Part shown: piece after piece, positions 29,288 to 40,416 of the stretch | Position numbering within the stretch: the first letter of the stretch is position 1 | How the letters are laid out: the number at the start of each line of letters is the position of its first letter | Assembly: GCA_029257865.1 (NCBI GenBank) | Contig: JARIAN010000103.1 | Span: 9,776-73,775, forward strand | DNA: 64,000 bases | Direction of reading: 5' to 3' | Source: Phocaeicola sp. | GTDB lineage: Bacteria; Bacteroidota; Bacteroidia; Bacteroidales; Bacteroidaceae | Notes under the pieces: generated by a model | Seen by the model: the letters and a program-made list of their open reading frames with translations, nothing else | What the model was told of the DNA's origin: nothing | Database searches by the model: none | Made by a program: the position numbers and the translations under genes

Positions 29288-30298
29288 ATGAAAGTAGCAA
29301 TTGTTGGTGCAAGCGGAGCCGTAGGACAAGAGTTCCTAAGAGTGCTCGACGAAAGAAATTTTCCAATGGATGAATTGGTATTGTTCGGATCTTCACGCAG
29401 TGCAGGCCGAAAGTACACTTTCCGCGGAAAAGAACTGGAAGTAAAACTTCTTCAGCACAACGATGATTTCAAAGACATAGACATTGCCTTTACTTCTGCA
29501 GGTGCTGGAACTTCTAAAGAATTTGCAGAAACAATCACTAAATATGGTGCCGTGATGATTGACAATTCAAGCGCTTTCCGTATGGATGCAGATATTCCTT
29601 TGGTCGTTCCTGAAGTAAACCCAGAAGATGCGTTAACTCGTCCGCGGGGCATCATTGCCAACCCTAACTGCACTACTATCCAGATGGTGGTGGCTTTGAA
29701 AGCTATTGAAGACCTAACACACATCAAACGTGTACACGTTTCTACTTATCAGGCTGCCAGCGGTGCAGGTGCTGCAGCGATGGACGAACTGTACGAACAG
29801 TATCGTCAGGTATTGGCCAACGAACCTGTCACTGTAGATAAGTTCGCATACCAGTTGGCTTTCAACTTGATTCCTCAGATTGACGTATTTACCGACAACG
29901 GATATACAAAAGAAGAAATGAAGATGTATAATGAAACACGTAAGATTATGCACTCCGATATTCAGGTAAGCGCTACATGTGTACGTGTTCCTGCTCTCCG
30001 TTCTCACTCAGAAAGCATTTGGGTTGAAACAGAGCGTCCTATCTCTGTAGAAGAAGCCCGTGAAGCTTTTGCTGCCGGCGACGGCCTGGTGCTGATGGAC
30101 AATCCTGAAAAGAAAGAATATCCTATGCCTCTGTTCCTCTCTGGAAAAGACCCTGTATTCGTAGGTCGTATCCGTAAAGACCTGGCCAACGAAAACGGCT
30201 TGACTTTCTGGATTGTGGGTGACCAGATCAAGAAGGGTGCTGCATTGAATGCTGTACAGATTGCTGAATATCTCATCAAAGTAAAGAATGTAGGATAA
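29288..30298 (+). CDS. asd: aspartate-semialdehyde dehydrogenase
   Basis: Begins [16 protein letters not shown]. Contains the IANPNCTTI active-site Cys context and QAASGAG. Confidence 0.96.
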   Translation: MKVAIVGASGAVGQEFLRVLDERNFPMDELVLFGSSRSAGRKYTFRGKELEVKLLQHNDDFKDIDIAFTSAGAGTSKEFAETITKYGAVMIDNSSAFRMDADIPLVVPEVNPEDALTRPRGIIANPNCTTIQMVVALKAIEDLTHIKRVHVSTYQAASGAGAAAMDELYEQYRQVLANEPVTVDKFAYQLAFNLIPQIDVFTDNGYTKEEMKMYNETRKIMHSDIQVSATCVRVPALRSHSESIWVETERPISVEEAREAFAAGDGLVLMDNPEKKEYPMPLFLSGKDPVFVGRIRKDLANENGLTFWIVGDQIKKGAALNAVQIAEYLIKVKNVG

Positions 30299-30321
30299 CC
30301 CTATCACTTCAAACATAAAAG

Positions 30322-30380
30322 AGAATCCTCTTCCAATGGAATAACCTAATGCCGATTCCAAGGAAGAGGATTCTTTTTTT
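30322..30380 (+). terminator. intrinsic terminator after asd
   Basis: AGAATCCTCTTCC...GGAAGAGGATTCT forms a 13-bp stem, followed by TTTTTT. Confidence 0.75.
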
Positions 30381-30411
30381 ATCTTGCCGCAAGCCTAAAG
30401 GGGGCCACCGC

Positions 30412-31512
30412 TTATTTATGTACTTCGATAATATGAGTAGGAGCTTTTTCCAAATTACGCTTTTCTGTCTGCTCCACCACATTCTTGGCCAATTCGATAA
30501 AAGCCTGACCAGTCACCGAATTTTCATCCAATGCCACAGGAGTACCTTTGTCGCCATTCTCACAAATGCCTTGCACCAAAGGAATCTGTCCCAACAAAGG
30601 CACATCCAATTCCTCCGCCAAGCGCTTGGTACCTTCTTTTCCAAAGATATAGTACTTGTTTTCCGGAAGTTCGGCAGGAGTAAACCAAGCCATATTTTCC
30701 ACCAGCCCCAAGATAGGCACATTCACCTTATCATTCATATACATATTGATACCTTTGCGTGCATCAGCCAAGGCAACCTGCTGCGGAGTGCTAACAATCA
30801 CAGCTCCGGTAATAGCCAAAGTCTGCATCAAAGTAAGATGAATATCGCTTGTTCCGGGAGGAGTATCTAGGATGAAATAATCCAGTTCTCCCCATTTGGC
30901 ATCACCCACCAACTGTTTCAAGGCATTGCTCGCCATTCCTCCACGCCATAAAGTAGCCTGGTCCGGATTGACAAAGAAGCCGATAGACAACAGTTCTATG
31001 CCATATTTCTCGACAGGTACAATCAAATCACGTCCTTCTACAGTTTCTGCATACGGACGAGCATCTTCCACCTGAAACATCTTAGGCATAGACGGACCGA
31101 AAATATCGGCATCCAACAAGCCCACCTTATAGCCCAATTTAGATAAAGCCACAGCCAAGTTTGCTGCTACGGTAGATTTACCCACCCCACCTTTACCAGA
31201 TGATACAGCAATTACATTTTTCACCTGAGGAAGCATCTTTCCCGGTTCAGGGCGAGCAGCCTGCTTACTTTCGGTAGCAATAGTCACTTCCACCTCTTTG
31301 GATACATAAGTATGGATTGCTGTTTCGGCAGCTTTCAATACCGATTTCATAAAAGGGTCAGTCGACTTTTCAAAAATAATAGAAAAGCTGACCTTCATGC
31401 CGTCAATGCGCAGGTTATCTGCCACCATTTCGGCTTCCACAATATTCTTTCCGTTTCCCGGATAGCGCACTGTAGCCAATGCGTCAAGAATCAATTTTGG
31501 ATAAAGTGTCAT
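30412..31512 (-). CDS. mrp: Mrp/NBP35 (ApbC) iron-sulfur cluster carrier ATPase
   Basis: Has an N-terminal DUF59-like region, the deviant Walker A SGKGGVGKST, and DTPPGTSD. Confidence 0.93.
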   Translation of the reverse strand: MTLYPKLILDALATVRYPGNGKNIVEAEMVADNLRIDGMKVSFSIIFEKSTDPFMKSVLKAAETAIHTYVSKEVEVTIATESKQAARPEPGKMLPQVKNVIAVSSGKGGVGKSTVAANLAVALSKLGYKVGLLDADIFGPSMPKMFQVEDARPYAETVEGRDLIVPVEKYGIELLSIGFFVNPDQATLWRGGMASNALKQLVGDAKWGELDYFILDTPPGTSDIHLTLMQTLAITGAVIVSTPQQVALADARKGINMYMNDKVNVPILGLVENMAWFTPAELPENKYYIFGKEGTKRLAEELDVPLLGQIPLVQGICENGDKGTPVALDENSVTGQAFIELAKNVVEQTEKRNLEKAPTHIIEVHK

Positions 31513-31544
31513 AATTGTTTATGTTATATCTTTATAGTCCTATA

Positions 31545-32303
31545 TCATTTACTGGTCTGCAAGCCACTTCTCTTGCTGCGGTTATAGCTTCTGTAATCAT
31601 CCAATTCTATTTCCACATCTGGCTCTGCCAACACCCCTTCTTGTGGAAGATGGAACTTGATATACTTGATATTCAACCCGCGGTCCAGCCACTGCTGTTC
31701 ATAATAAGTACGGATACTCAGAATATCATCATCCATACCCGAATGATACAAGTCGTCAGTCATGAAATCAACCGGCAGCTGATTTGCCTCTATCATATAC
31801 TTGGTATAAGTGAACATGAAGTTACTGTCTGTCTTGAGATGCACCACCCCATCTGGAACCAAGAATTTACGATAACGCTCCATAAAATAAGTGGAAGTAA
31901 GACGCTTGGTAACCTTCTTCATCTGAGGGTCAGAGAAAGTCAGCCAGATTTCACTCACCTCGCCCAGTGCAAAGAAACGGTCGATGATTTCAATGTTTGT
32001 ACGCAGGAAAGCTGCATTCTTCAGTCCTTCATTCAGCGCATCAGTAGCTCCGGTCCACATACGTGCCCCCTTGATGTCCACCCCGATAAAGTTCTTGTCG
32101 CTGTATCGGCGTGCCAGTCCTACCGTATATTCACCGCGTCCGCATCCCAATTCGAGAACAATCGGGTTGTCATTCTTAAAAAACTCCTTGTTCCACTTTC
32201 CTCTCATTTCAAAAGGAACGTCATCTACTACCGAATATGGATATTCGAACACGTGCGGATATTCCGCCATATCTGCAAACTTTGCCAGTTTTCCTTTTCC
32301 CAT
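31545..32303 (-). CDS. trmB: tRNA (guanine-N7)-methyltransferase
   Basis: Contains [16 protein letters not shown] and FSDPQ. Confidence 0.93.
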   Translation of the reverse strand: MGKGKLAKFADMAEYPHVFEYPYSVVDDVPFEMRGKWNKEFFKNDNPIVLELGCGRGEYTVGLARRYSDKNFIGVDIKGARMWTGATDALNEGLKNAAFLRTNIEIIDRFFALGEVSEIWLTFSDPQMKKVTKRLTSTYFMERYRKFLVPDGVVHLKTDSNFMFTYTKYMIEANQLPVDFMTDDLYHSGMDDDILSIRTYYEQQWLDRGLNIKYIKFHLPQEGVLAEPDVEIELDDYRSYNRSKRSGLQTSK

Positions 32304-32448
32304 TGCTTTTACTTATATGCTTGATTTAGGTTACAAAGTTACGTCTTTTGCTCGGAAAGAACAAGTATGCAGCTACAAATCAAAATCTCCCGGCACCAAC
32401 TATAATCATTGGTGCCGGGAGATTCATCTACTGACTGGTAGTCTATTT

Positions 32449-33081
32449 TTATTCGGCTGATGCTGCAGAAGCTGACTCGGTCCAGTTATGTCCGCCTCTT
32501 AATTCCGCCTTCAAGTCTTCATAGAAAGCAGCATGTGCGGTCTGCATATAAGGTATCAAGAGCAAAAAACCAAGCCCCAATGTCAAACAGCTCAACAAGC
32601 CCCATCCAATGAAACCCAAGTCAAGCAAGAACAGTTTCATCTTATATCCATCCATCATCTGCATACTTTTTTCGATAGCAGCATTATATTTCAATTCTGG
32701 CTCATCCTTTAAAATATAATAGGTCAATGCATAAGAATAGGATTTAATAATTCCAGGTACAATGAGCAACAGGGACCATAAAATCACATAGATTTGCATT
32801 AAGATTCCAGTACCGAATATTCTTCCGAAATCTTGAAAACCATCAAAGAGTCGTCCTACTTCCAAGGCTCTCTTGTCACGGAGCAACTCATAAAACAAGA
32901 TAGTCAAACCAAAGACCAATAAAGGAGAGATAATTAAAGAGACAAGACTACCTATCGCCGGAATTAAAGACGCCCCTCCGCAAATAACCATATACACAAA
33001 AGTCACCACAGCAGCTGTAACCCAGTTGCCTTCTAAAGCGGCAATCGCTTCATTCTTCAAATTTGAATTTAGTTTTAACAT
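32449..33081 (-). CDS. DUF975-family membrane protein
   Basis: The start was placed at MLKLNSNLKNEAIAALEGNW. It is multi-TM and Gly/Leu-rich, which is typical of DUF975. Confidence 0.8.
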   Translation of the reverse strand: MLKLNSNLKNEAIAALEGNWVTAAVVTFVYMVICGGASLIPAIGSLVSLIISPLLVFGLTILFYELLRDKRALEVGRLFDGFQDFGRIFGTGILMQIYVILWSLLLIVPGIIKSYSYALTYYILKDEPELKYNAAIEKSMQMMDGYKMKLFLLDLGFIGWGLLSCLTLGLGFLLLIPYMQTAHAAFYEDLKAELRGGHNWTESASAASAE

Positions 33082-33173
33082 AAGAATTAGATTAGAGATT
33101 AATAATATAAAATGGAAAGCCAATTATATCCAATCGGCTTTCCAGCATTTCAGCTAATGTCAAGAATGTGTAT

Positions 33174-34193
33174 TTATTCCACTACCATCACCCAGTTATG
33201 AGTATCTGCTTCATCACCATACTGAATAGCACGCAACTTGGTGTAAAGCTTTTCAGAAATAGGTCCTGGCTTTCCATCCTTTGAAATGACATACGACTTG
33301 TTGTTTTCCAAATCGTCGATACGTTCAATCGGACTGATGACAGCCGCAGTACCACAAGCACCGGCTTCTTCGAATGTTTCCAGTTCTTCTTCCGGAATAG
33401 GACGACGCTCCACCTTCATCCCCATATCTTCGGCCAACTGCATCAAGCTACGGTTTGTGATAGAAGGAAGAATAGAAGTAGACAATGGAGTAATGTATGT
33501 ATTGTCCTTGATACCAAAGAAATTGGCAGCACCACATTCGTCAATATACTTTTTTTCCTTGGCATCTAGATAAAATTCACTGGCATATCCAGCATCGTGC
33601 GCCATCTTATTGGCTTTCAGGCTGGCAGCATAGTTACCACCCACCTTATAAGTTCCTGTACCCAAAGGAGCAGCACGGTCAAACTGACGGATAATCACAT
33701 ACGGATTGGTTGCAAATCCACCTTTGAAATAAGGGCCTACCGGAGTTACAAACATCACAAACAAATATTCATTTGCCGGACGCACCCCTACCTGAGCTCC
33801 CGTACCCAACAGCAACGGACGGATATAAAGTGAAGCACCGCTTTCATAAGGAGGAATAAAGCGCTCGTTGGCCTTTACCACTTTACGGACAGCCTCGCAG
33901 AACAAATCGGTAGGCAGTTCCGGCATCAAGATGCCGCGGCAAGTAGACTGCAGGCGTTCTGCATTTGCCTGAGGACGGAACACACGAACCTTACCGTCTT
34001 TTCCACGGAAAGCTTTCAAACCTTCGAATGCTTCCTGACCATAGTGCAGACAAGTAGCAGCCATGTGGATGTTTAAGGTTTCTTCTGAGCAGAGTTCCAA
34101 TTCTCCCCATTTACCGTCGCGATAATAGCAACGCACGTTATAATCTGTCTTCATATAACCAAAAGACAAATTAGACCAATCAATTTCTTTCAT
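33174..34193 (-). CDS. ilvE: branched-chain amino acid aminotransferase
   Basis: The start was placed at MKEIDWSNLSFGY. Contains LHYGQEAFEGLKAF and the GTGTYKVGGNYAASL motif. Confidence 0.93.
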   Translation of the reverse strand: MKEIDWSNLSFGYMKTDYNVRCYYRDGKWGELELCSEETLNIHMAATCLHYGQEAFEGLKAFRGKDGKVRVFRPQANAERLQSTCRGILMPELPTDLFCEAVRKVVKANERFIPPYESGASLYIRPLLLGTGAQVGVRPANEYLFVMFVTPVGPYFKGGFATNPYVIIRQFDRAAPLGTGTYKVGGNYAASLKANKMAHDAGYASEFYLDAKEKKYIDECGAANFFGIKDNTYITPLSTSILPSITNRSLMQLAEDMGMKVERRPIPEEELETFEEAGACGTAAVISPIERIDDLENNKSYVISKDGKPGPISEKLYTKLRAIQYGDEADTHNWVMVVE

Positions 34194-34274
34194 TTTTATA
34201 GTATTGTTAATAATGTTCTTGATTATTGTTATCAGCAAAAATAAGATTTATATCTGCAACCTCCAAGTCAAGAT

Positions 34275-34487
34275 TCAGTTATTTTCATCCCCTTCTTCGG
34301 TTTCCAGCATCTTTTTGATTTCCGCATCAGCCTTATAAAGTTTGTCACGACAATACTTGATGAGTTTCTGCGCCTCTTTCAGCTGGCTGCCCAGCTCATC
34401 AATATCCAGTTCGTTGCTCTCTATTCCAGCCACAATACTCTCCAAGCGCTTCATGGCTTCACTATATGTTTCTTTCTTTACTGCCAT
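34275..34487 (-). CDS. xseB: exodeoxyribonuclease VII small subunit
   Basis: A 70-aa helical protein (YSEAMKRLESIV...ELDIDEL) directly downstream of xseA. Confidence 0.9.
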   Translation of the reverse strand: MAVKKETYSEAMKRLESIVAGIESNELDIDELGSQLKEAQKLIKYCRDKLYKADAEIKKMLETEEGDENN

Positions 34488-34511
34488 AATGATTTTTCTA
34501 TCTATATAAGG

Positions 34512-35810
34512 TTATAATACTTTACTTTTAAACTGCCCGTCGGATACTCTGGTCACTACTTCATCGCCCGGTTTAAGTGAGAGCACACTGGTTACTACTT
34601 TCCCGTTTTTGAGGGTAAGGCTATATCCTTTTTTCAGCAGCAAATCGGGAGAAGAGGCCTTTACCCGTTCTTCCAGCATCTCCAACCGGTGAATTTGACT
34701 TTCTAAACGATAAGCCACCCGCTCCATGATACGGGGCATCACCTCCAAACGATATGTTTCTTTCATCCTTCGGGCCTGCCATGCCGATGCTAGCTGACCA
34801 GCCAAACGCTCCTGACGAAAATGCTCTTTCTGAATACGCATCTGCACCTTGGCAGGGATTCGATGCACGCATGCATCCAACTGCTGCTGCATCTTTTCGA
34901 TACGCAACGGCAACTGATGATAAAGGAAATCGGCACAAGCTTCCAGACGCTCTGCCGACTCACGCATGCGATTGACCAAGAACTCGGCTGCAGCTGTTGG
35001 GGTCTTGACACGTGTATGGGATATCATATCCAGCACCGTGTCATCACGCTCATGCCCGATACCCGTAATGATGGGCAGAGGGAACTGCGCACAATGGGTG
35101 GCCAGCTCGTAGGTGTCGAAACCCGACAAGTCGGAAGTGGCTCCTCCACCACGGATAATGACTACCACATCCCACCGATCCAACTGACTGTAAATCTTTT
35201 CCAAGGCAGAGATGACAGACTGCTCCACCCGGTCGCCCTGCATAATGGCAGGAAAGAGTTTGGTATAAAATACAAAGCCGAAAGCGTTATGCTGCAACTG
35301 ATTGCAAAAATCACCGTAACCGGCTGCTGTAGCCGAAGAGATGACTGCAACACGCTGGGCTGGCTCCGGCAGCGGCAGTTCTTTGTTCAACCCAAGCACT
35401 CCCTCTTCTTCCAACCTACGAAGAATCTCCTTGCGCCTGCGGGCCATATCCCCCAATGTATAGGTAGGGTCTATGTCTACCACCGTAAGCGAATAGCCGT
35501 ATAGTTCGTGAAAATCTACCGTAACCCGTACCAGCACCTTTATACCCGATACAAAAGCCTGTCCGGTTTCCCTCTCAAAGAAGGGGCGAAGGCGTGCAAA
35601 TACGCTGCTCCATATAATACCTCTTGCTTTGGCCACCAAGGCGTTGCTTACCGGGTCTTTCTGTATAAACTCCAGATAACAATGCCCCGAATAGTTTGTG
35701 CGCACTTCACTCAGCTCCGCCTGAATCCAATATTCATCGGGCAGACACGCCTGAATGCTCCTGCGCACCAAATTGTTCAGTTCAACCAAAGACATCGAAC
35801 GATTTTCCAT
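34512..35810 (-). CDS. xseA: exodeoxyribonuclease VII large subunit
   Basis: Has an N-terminal OB fold (WIQAELSEVRTNYSGHCYLEF) and IIRGGGATSDL. The true start may be the ATG 15 nt downstream (MSLVEL). Confidence 0.93.
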   Translation of the reverse strand: MENRSMSLVELNNLVRRSIQACLPDEYWIQAELSEVRTNYSGHCYLEFIQKDPVSNALVAKARGIIWSSVFARLRPFFERETGQAFVSGIKVLVRVTVDFHELYGYSLTVVDIDPTYTLGDMARRRKEILRRLEEEGVLGLNKELPLPEPAQRVAVISSATAAGYGDFCNQLQHNAFGFVFYTKLFPAIMQGDRVEQSVISALEKIYSQLDRWDVVVIIRGGGATSDLSGFDTYELATHCAQFPLPIITGIGHERDDTVLDMISHTRVKTPTAAAEFLVNRMRESAERLEACADFLYHQLPLRIEKMQQQLDACVHRIPAKVQMRIQKEHFRQERLAGQLASAWQARRMKETYRLEVMPRIMERVAYRLESQIHRLEMLEERVKASSPDLLLKKGYSLTLKNGKVVTSVLSLKPGDEVVTRVSDGQFKSKVL

Positions 35811-35919
35811 ATTCTTCTTTTCCTAAAAAACCATTTATCCATTGTCCAAAGCATCATCCAAAGAAGCCTGGACAGATGCAAAGATAATGAAACTTTTTTC
35901 CTCTATGCAGATTTTTAAG

Positions 35920-35927
35920 TACCTTTG
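35920..35927 (+). promoter_or_regulatory. -7 box TACCTTTG upstream of the MATE gene
   Basis: Exact TAnnTTTG match. It overlaps the track ATG at 35925, which argues for the ATG at 35958 as the real start. Confidence 0.55.
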
Positions 35928-35957
35928 CCCCACATTTTTTCGGTAAAAAGAAATATC

Positions 35958-37316
35958 ATGTCACAAAAACAAGCAGCAACTCAACTAGGCACAGAACCCA
36001 TAGGCAAACTGTTAAAGCAATATGCCATTCCTGCCATCATCGCCATGACAGCCTCATCGCTCTACAATATGGTAGACAGTATCTTTATCGGCCACGGAGT
36101 GGGCACACTGGCTATCTCCGGACTCGCTATCACCTTTCCGCTGATGAACCTGGCTGCAGCCTTCGGCTCTCTTGTTGGAGTAGGAGCTTCTTCGCTAATC
36201 TCGGTCAAACTCGGACAAAAAGACTACCGCAGCGCACAACTCATCTTAGGAAATGTGGTTTCGCTTAACCTGGTCATCGGACTGCTCTTCACTGCCGTCA
36301 CCCTCATTTTCCTGAACCCTATCCTCCATTTCTTCGGTGCCAGTGACGCCACCCTGCCCTATGCCAGAGACTATATGGTCATTATCCTGCTAGGAAACAT
36401 CATTACCCATATCTATCTGGGATTGAACGCTGTGCTCCGTTCTACCGGGCATCCCCAAAAAGCAATGATAGCCACCATACTGACCGTTGTCATCAATACC
36501 ATACTCGACCCCTTGTTTATCTACGGCTTCAACTTAGGGATACAGGGTGCAGCCTTTGCCACCATCCTTTCGCAAATGATTTCGCTCTGCTGGCTCGCCA
36601 AGCTCCTCAGCAACAAGAATGAAGTGGTACATTTCTGCAAAGGTATCTATCATCTTCACTGGCCCTTAGTAAGAAACATCATCGGCATCGGGCTAGCTCC
36701 TTTCTTCATGAACATGGCGTCGTGCGTCATTGTCATCCTCATCAATAAAGGTTTGAAGCAATACGACGGAGATATGGCCATCGGAGCCTTTGGCATCATC
36801 AACCGCATCGCCTTCCTTTTCGTCATGGTTGTGATGGGACTCAACCAGGGAATGCAACCTATTGCAGGATATAATTTTGGAGCCGGAAACTTACATCGCG
36901 TAGACCGTGTGCTAAAGCTGACAGTCGTAACCGCCACCCTCATCACTACGGGGGGATTCCTCATAGGTGAACTGTTCCCGGAACTGATGATAGCCACCTT
37001 CACTTCCGACGAACAACTAATACAAACGGCTTGCCACGGACTGCGAATCGTCATCATGACTTTCCCCATCATCGGCTTTCAAATGGTTACTTCCAACTTC
37101 TTCCAAAGCATCGGCATGGCACGGAAAGCCATTTTCCTGTCACTCAACCGGCAAATCCTTATCCTCACCCCTTGTCTGATATTCTTGCCCATGATATGGG
37201 GTGTAAATGGAATATGGTTCAGCATGCCTATCTCGGATGTACTGGCCAGCATAGTGGCTGGAATTGCTCTTTACAGGCAGTTCCAACATTTCAAGCACCA
37301 TAAACGAACCATCTAA
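35958..37316 (+). CDS. MATE-family efflux transporter
   Basis: Twelve-TM profile. The N-terminus PIGKLLKQYAIPAIIAMTASSLYNMVDSIFIG is typical of the MATE/NorM family. Confidence 0.9.
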   Translation: MSQKQAATQLGTEPIGKLLKQYAIPAIIAMTASSLYNMVDSIFIGHGVGTLAISGLAITFPLMNLAAAFGSLVGVGASSLISVKLGQKDYRSAQLILGNVVSLNLVIGLLFTAVTLIFLNPILHFFGASDATLPYARDYMVIILLGNIITHIYLGLNAVLRSTGHPQKAMIATILTVVINTILDPLFIYGFNLGIQGAAFATILSQMISLCWLAKLLSNKNEVVHFCKGIYHLHWPLVRNIIGIGLAPFFMNMASCVIVILINKGLKQYDGDMAIGAFGIINRIAFLFVMVVMGLNQGMQPIAGYNFGAGNLHRVDRVLKLTVVTATLITTGGFLIGELFPELMIATFTSDEQLIQTACHGLRIVIMTFPIIGFQMVTSNFFQSIGMARKAIFLSLNRQILILTPCLIFLPMIWGVNGIWFSMPISDVLASIVAGIALYRQFQHFKHHKRTI

Positions 37317-37561
37317 CCGGCTTCTCCTCCAGATTCTTTTCTGCAAGAAAAAAGCAATGTGTCAAATTGTATTTTAAAATGACTGAGAATCGAAAAAAAT
37401 CACAGACGCCTCATGATGATTCTTTTTTTCTGATTCCTGAATATCCAAATTAAATATATCTGTTTATATATCAGCAAAATAGATACAATATTACTCTTCA
37501 CGTAATAGACTATTCTAGAGTGTCTGAAGACAAGTTTGTCCCAATTTCCTGCTACAAGGAT

Positions 37562-37670
37562 AAAATCATGCTGACATTTTAGAAGAATCTTATAAGCATT
37601 TCAAGAAAAATATATAATTATTTTGAAGAAAATGATTAAAAGATTGAGAAAAAATGACGGTAAGATTCCA
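37562..37670 (+). repeat. conserved intergenic element, copy B
   Basis: AAAATCATGCTGACATTTTAGAAGAATCTTATAAGCATTTCAAGAAAAATATATAATTATTTTGAAGAAAATGATTAAAAGATTGAGAAAAAATGACGGTAAGATT. It aligns with the reverse complement of 8371-8480 and includes the exact 18-mer AAATCATGCTGACATTTT. Confidence 0.75.
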
Positions 37671-38188
37671 GCATACCGCTGCATAAACGACTTATTACTG
37701 TATAAATAAGGCATAAAGATTTATTTCTAGCTGCTAGAATGACCATTATTGAAATTCTCGGATTTACAGGAAACGTAATTTTACAATCAATTTATAACCC
37801 AAACACCCTTTCAAGATAACATTTGGCAAATAGGGCATAAAGATAATCCCAGTGCCTCCATACACTAAAGAAGGTGACCGCATAAATTACACATCTGTAT
37901 TCATACCCCTGACATGAGCTATACCCTCCTCACACTTGTAACAGAAAAACAGAGAAAATTACTAAGATGAAAAGATAGACATTTTTTAAGATGAAGCCTT
38001 ATGCCAACCAAATTATTATCACAATCATGATGAAAACATATCTTTAATAATCTAAAGTAGCACACAGTTCAACGTATTTTATGATTTTATTGTTTACGAC
38101 TATTTTGATATAGAAAATAGCTGATATAAGTTCTATTTTCTTATATTTGAAACCTATTTGATGTTATACTTATATAAAAGCAAAACTT

Positions 38189-39052
38189 ATGATAATTAAT
38201 GAACAGCATTTAGATACATATACCCAAGGTACACCTTGTGTCAATTTCTATCTTGAAGAAGTTGATAGACTGAAAAATCAGAATAGACTACATCGTCATA
38301 ATTTCTTCCAGCTTATATTGCTAGAAGAAGGTAATATCGACCTGACTGTTGATTTTGAGCAGAATAAGATGGGACCGCAGTCCGCTTCTCTGTTATTCCC
38401 CCACCAGCTACATATTGCCAATATATCTTCAGATACCAAAGCATACGTGATTCTGTTTGATGAAACGGTTTTTTGCTCTGAAATATTACATAATGACCTG
38501 AAAGACTACAACATTGATTTACAAAAGCGCGTGAATTATGTTTCCTTTGAAAACAAGAAAGACATCTTTAGCGAGATAATCCATATATGGCATTCTATTT
38601 GTGACTTATATAAAGACTTTAATCTGGTGAATAAGATGCAGATTAAATTGTTTATCAAGATTATAATTATGAAGTTAATTAATGCATGTCCAGAAAAGGC
38701 TTTGGTCGCAACAGACAATGAAGACACCTCTTTATATATAGCTTTTAGAGAGATGGTAGACCGCGAATTTAAAGAGAACAGGATTGCAAGTTCTTATGCA
38801 AAAGACTTAAATGTCTCGGTTAAGCGCCTTACAGAAGTCTGCAGACATTTTTGCGGATTGACCCCCTTGGAAATCATCCATGAGAAACTTAACTTGGAAC
38901 TGAAGAAGACTTTAGCCATCGGTCACTTGAGCATAAAGGAGATTTCAATCGATTTCGGCTTTTCTTCTCAGGCAGCACTGAATAAATACGTAGAACAGAA
39001 ATTTGCAATGACACCAGTCCAATTAAAGAATAAACTACGAAATCAGCCATAA
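38189..39052 (+). CDS. AraC-family transcriptional regulator
   Basis: Has an N-terminal cupin-like sensor domain and C-terminal dual HTH motifs (SSYAKDLNVSVKRLTEVCRHFCGLTP...ISIDFGFSSQAALNKYVEQKF). Confidence 0.88.
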   Translation: MIINEQHLDTYTQGTPCVNFYLEEVDRLKNQNRLHRHNFFQLILLEEGNIDLTVDFEQNKMGPQSASLLFPHQLHIANISSDTKAYVILFDETVFCSEILHNDLKDYNIDLQKRVNYVSFENKKDIFSEIIHIWHSICDLYKDFNLVNKMQIKLFIKIIIMKLINACPEKALVATDNEDTSLYIAFREMVDREFKENRIASSYAKDLNVSVKRLTEVCRHFCGLTPLEIIHEKLNLELKKTLAIGHLSIKEISIDFGFSSQAALNKYVEQKFAMTPVQLKNKLRNQP

Positions 39053-39167
39053 AAGCAAATGTATAAATTATGGTAGATTTTGGATAACTTCAGTCCCGAT
39101 GGAATGCAGTACTTTTGCATTGTGATTAAGAAACAAACAATTAAACACTTTAAAACAACAAGTTATT

Positions 39168-40319
39168 ATGGCAAAATTGTATGGTTCTGGGACATTGTTC
39201 CATGGAAACGGTTCTCTAGAAGAATTAAAGACAATCAACAGCAAGAAAGCGGTTATCGTAACGGGGAAAGGTTCTACCACACGCAATGGCAGCCTCCAAC
39301 GCGCCGAAACTATGTTAGCTGAAATGGGTGTTGAATACAAGGTGTTCGAAGGAGTAGAGGCAGACCCTTCACTCGAAACCGTAAAGAAAGGTGCTGCTTT
39401 CATCTCTGAATTCGGGCCTGACTGGATTATCGGCTTAGGAGGTACTTCATCAATTGATGCAGCGAAGGCCATGTGGGTACTTTACGAACATCCTGATTTA
39501 ACTTTCGAACAACTAATTACTCCATTCGGCATTCCTGAGTTGAGAAAAAAGGCACGTTTCGCAGCTATCCCTTCAACAAGCGGTACTGGTACTGAAACCA
39601 CTTCTTTGGCAGTAATCACCGACCGTGAAAAGGGAGTGAAATATCCGTTGGCTTCTCACGAACTCCAACCGGACTTAGCAATCGTAGACGGTGACCTCTG
39701 TAAATCAATGCCGGCAGATATCACTGCAAATACAGGTATGGATGCCTTGACACATGCCATCGAAGCTTACACTTCGAATGTGGATGACAACTATGCAGAT
39801 GCATTTGCAAAAGGCAGCATACAATTGATTTTCGACAATTTGAAGAAGGCGACTGAAAACCTTGAAGACGGTGTTGTTCGTCAGAATATGCACGATGCCT
39901 CTGCACTTGCAGGATATGCATTTACAAATGCATGGTTGGGCATTGTACACTCTATGGCTCACCAGATGGGTGGTGTATTCGGCATTCCTCATGGCCGTGC
40001 CAATGCTTTGGCTCTTCCAAACGTAATGCGCTATAATGCTAAAGTAACTAATCGTTTCGAAGATTTGGCTAAACTGATTGGTCTGAATACGACAGGCGAA
40101 TTTATCACCGCCGTTGAAAATCTGAAGAAAGAAATCAACGTTCCTGCCTCTATCCGTGAATACGGTATCGAAAAAGATGCATGGATGAAAGAGGTGCACC
40201 GTATGGCAGAAAATGCATTCAAGGACGTATGTACTTCATTCAATCCTCGTAACACTTCGGTAGAGGACATTGAAAAACTTTACATCGCTTTGTACGAAGG
40301 TGAAAATATTGACTTCTAA
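39168..40319 (+). CDS. iron-containing (group III) alcohol dehydrogenase
   Basis: Contains GLGGTSSIDAAKAM and the His cluster DALTHAIEAY...HSMAHQMGGVFGIPHGRANA. Confidence 0.92.
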   Translation: MAKLYGSGTLFHGNGSLEELKTINSKKAVIVTGKGSTTRNGSLQRAETMLAEMGVEYKVFEGVEADPSLETVKKGAAFISEFGPDWIIGLGGTSSIDAAKAMWVLYEHPDLTFEQLITPFGIPELRKKARFAAIPSTSGTGTETTSLAVITDREKGVKYPLASHELQPDLAIVDGDLCKSMPADITANTGMDALTHAIEAYTSNVDDNYADAFAKGSIQLIFDNLKKATENLEDGVVRQNMHDASALAGYAFTNAWLGIVHSMAHQMGGVFGIPHGRANALALPNVMRYNAKVTNRFEDLAKLIGLNTTGEFITAVENLKKEINVPASIREYGIEKDAWMKEVHRMAENAFKDVCTSFNPRNTSVEDIEKLYIALYEGENIDF

Positions 40320-40416
40320 TCAGCCTTAATTACAAGGAATCAAAAAGTCAATTATCATGGTGATTGGATTTACTGTAATCCAGTCACCATATCACATTTA
40401 TATAACTGATTATAAT

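Noticed and set aside
8371-37670. Copies A and B are in inverted orientation about 29 kb apart. I considered that they bound an invertible or mobile 29-kb segment.
   Set aside because: The interior is housekeeping (queA, tamB, uvrA, asd, trmB, ilvE, xseAB). No recombinase, integrase or transposase is present. A third copy exists elsewhere, and identity is only about 75%.
37829-37948. 39-codon minus-strand ORF (MRSPSLVYGGTGIIFMPYLPNVILKGCLGYKLIVKLRFL) in the 37.3-38.2 kb gap, considered as a gene remnant.
   Set aside because: It has no promoter or RBS context and no recognisable motif. It cannot be distinguished from a chance ORF without a database search.
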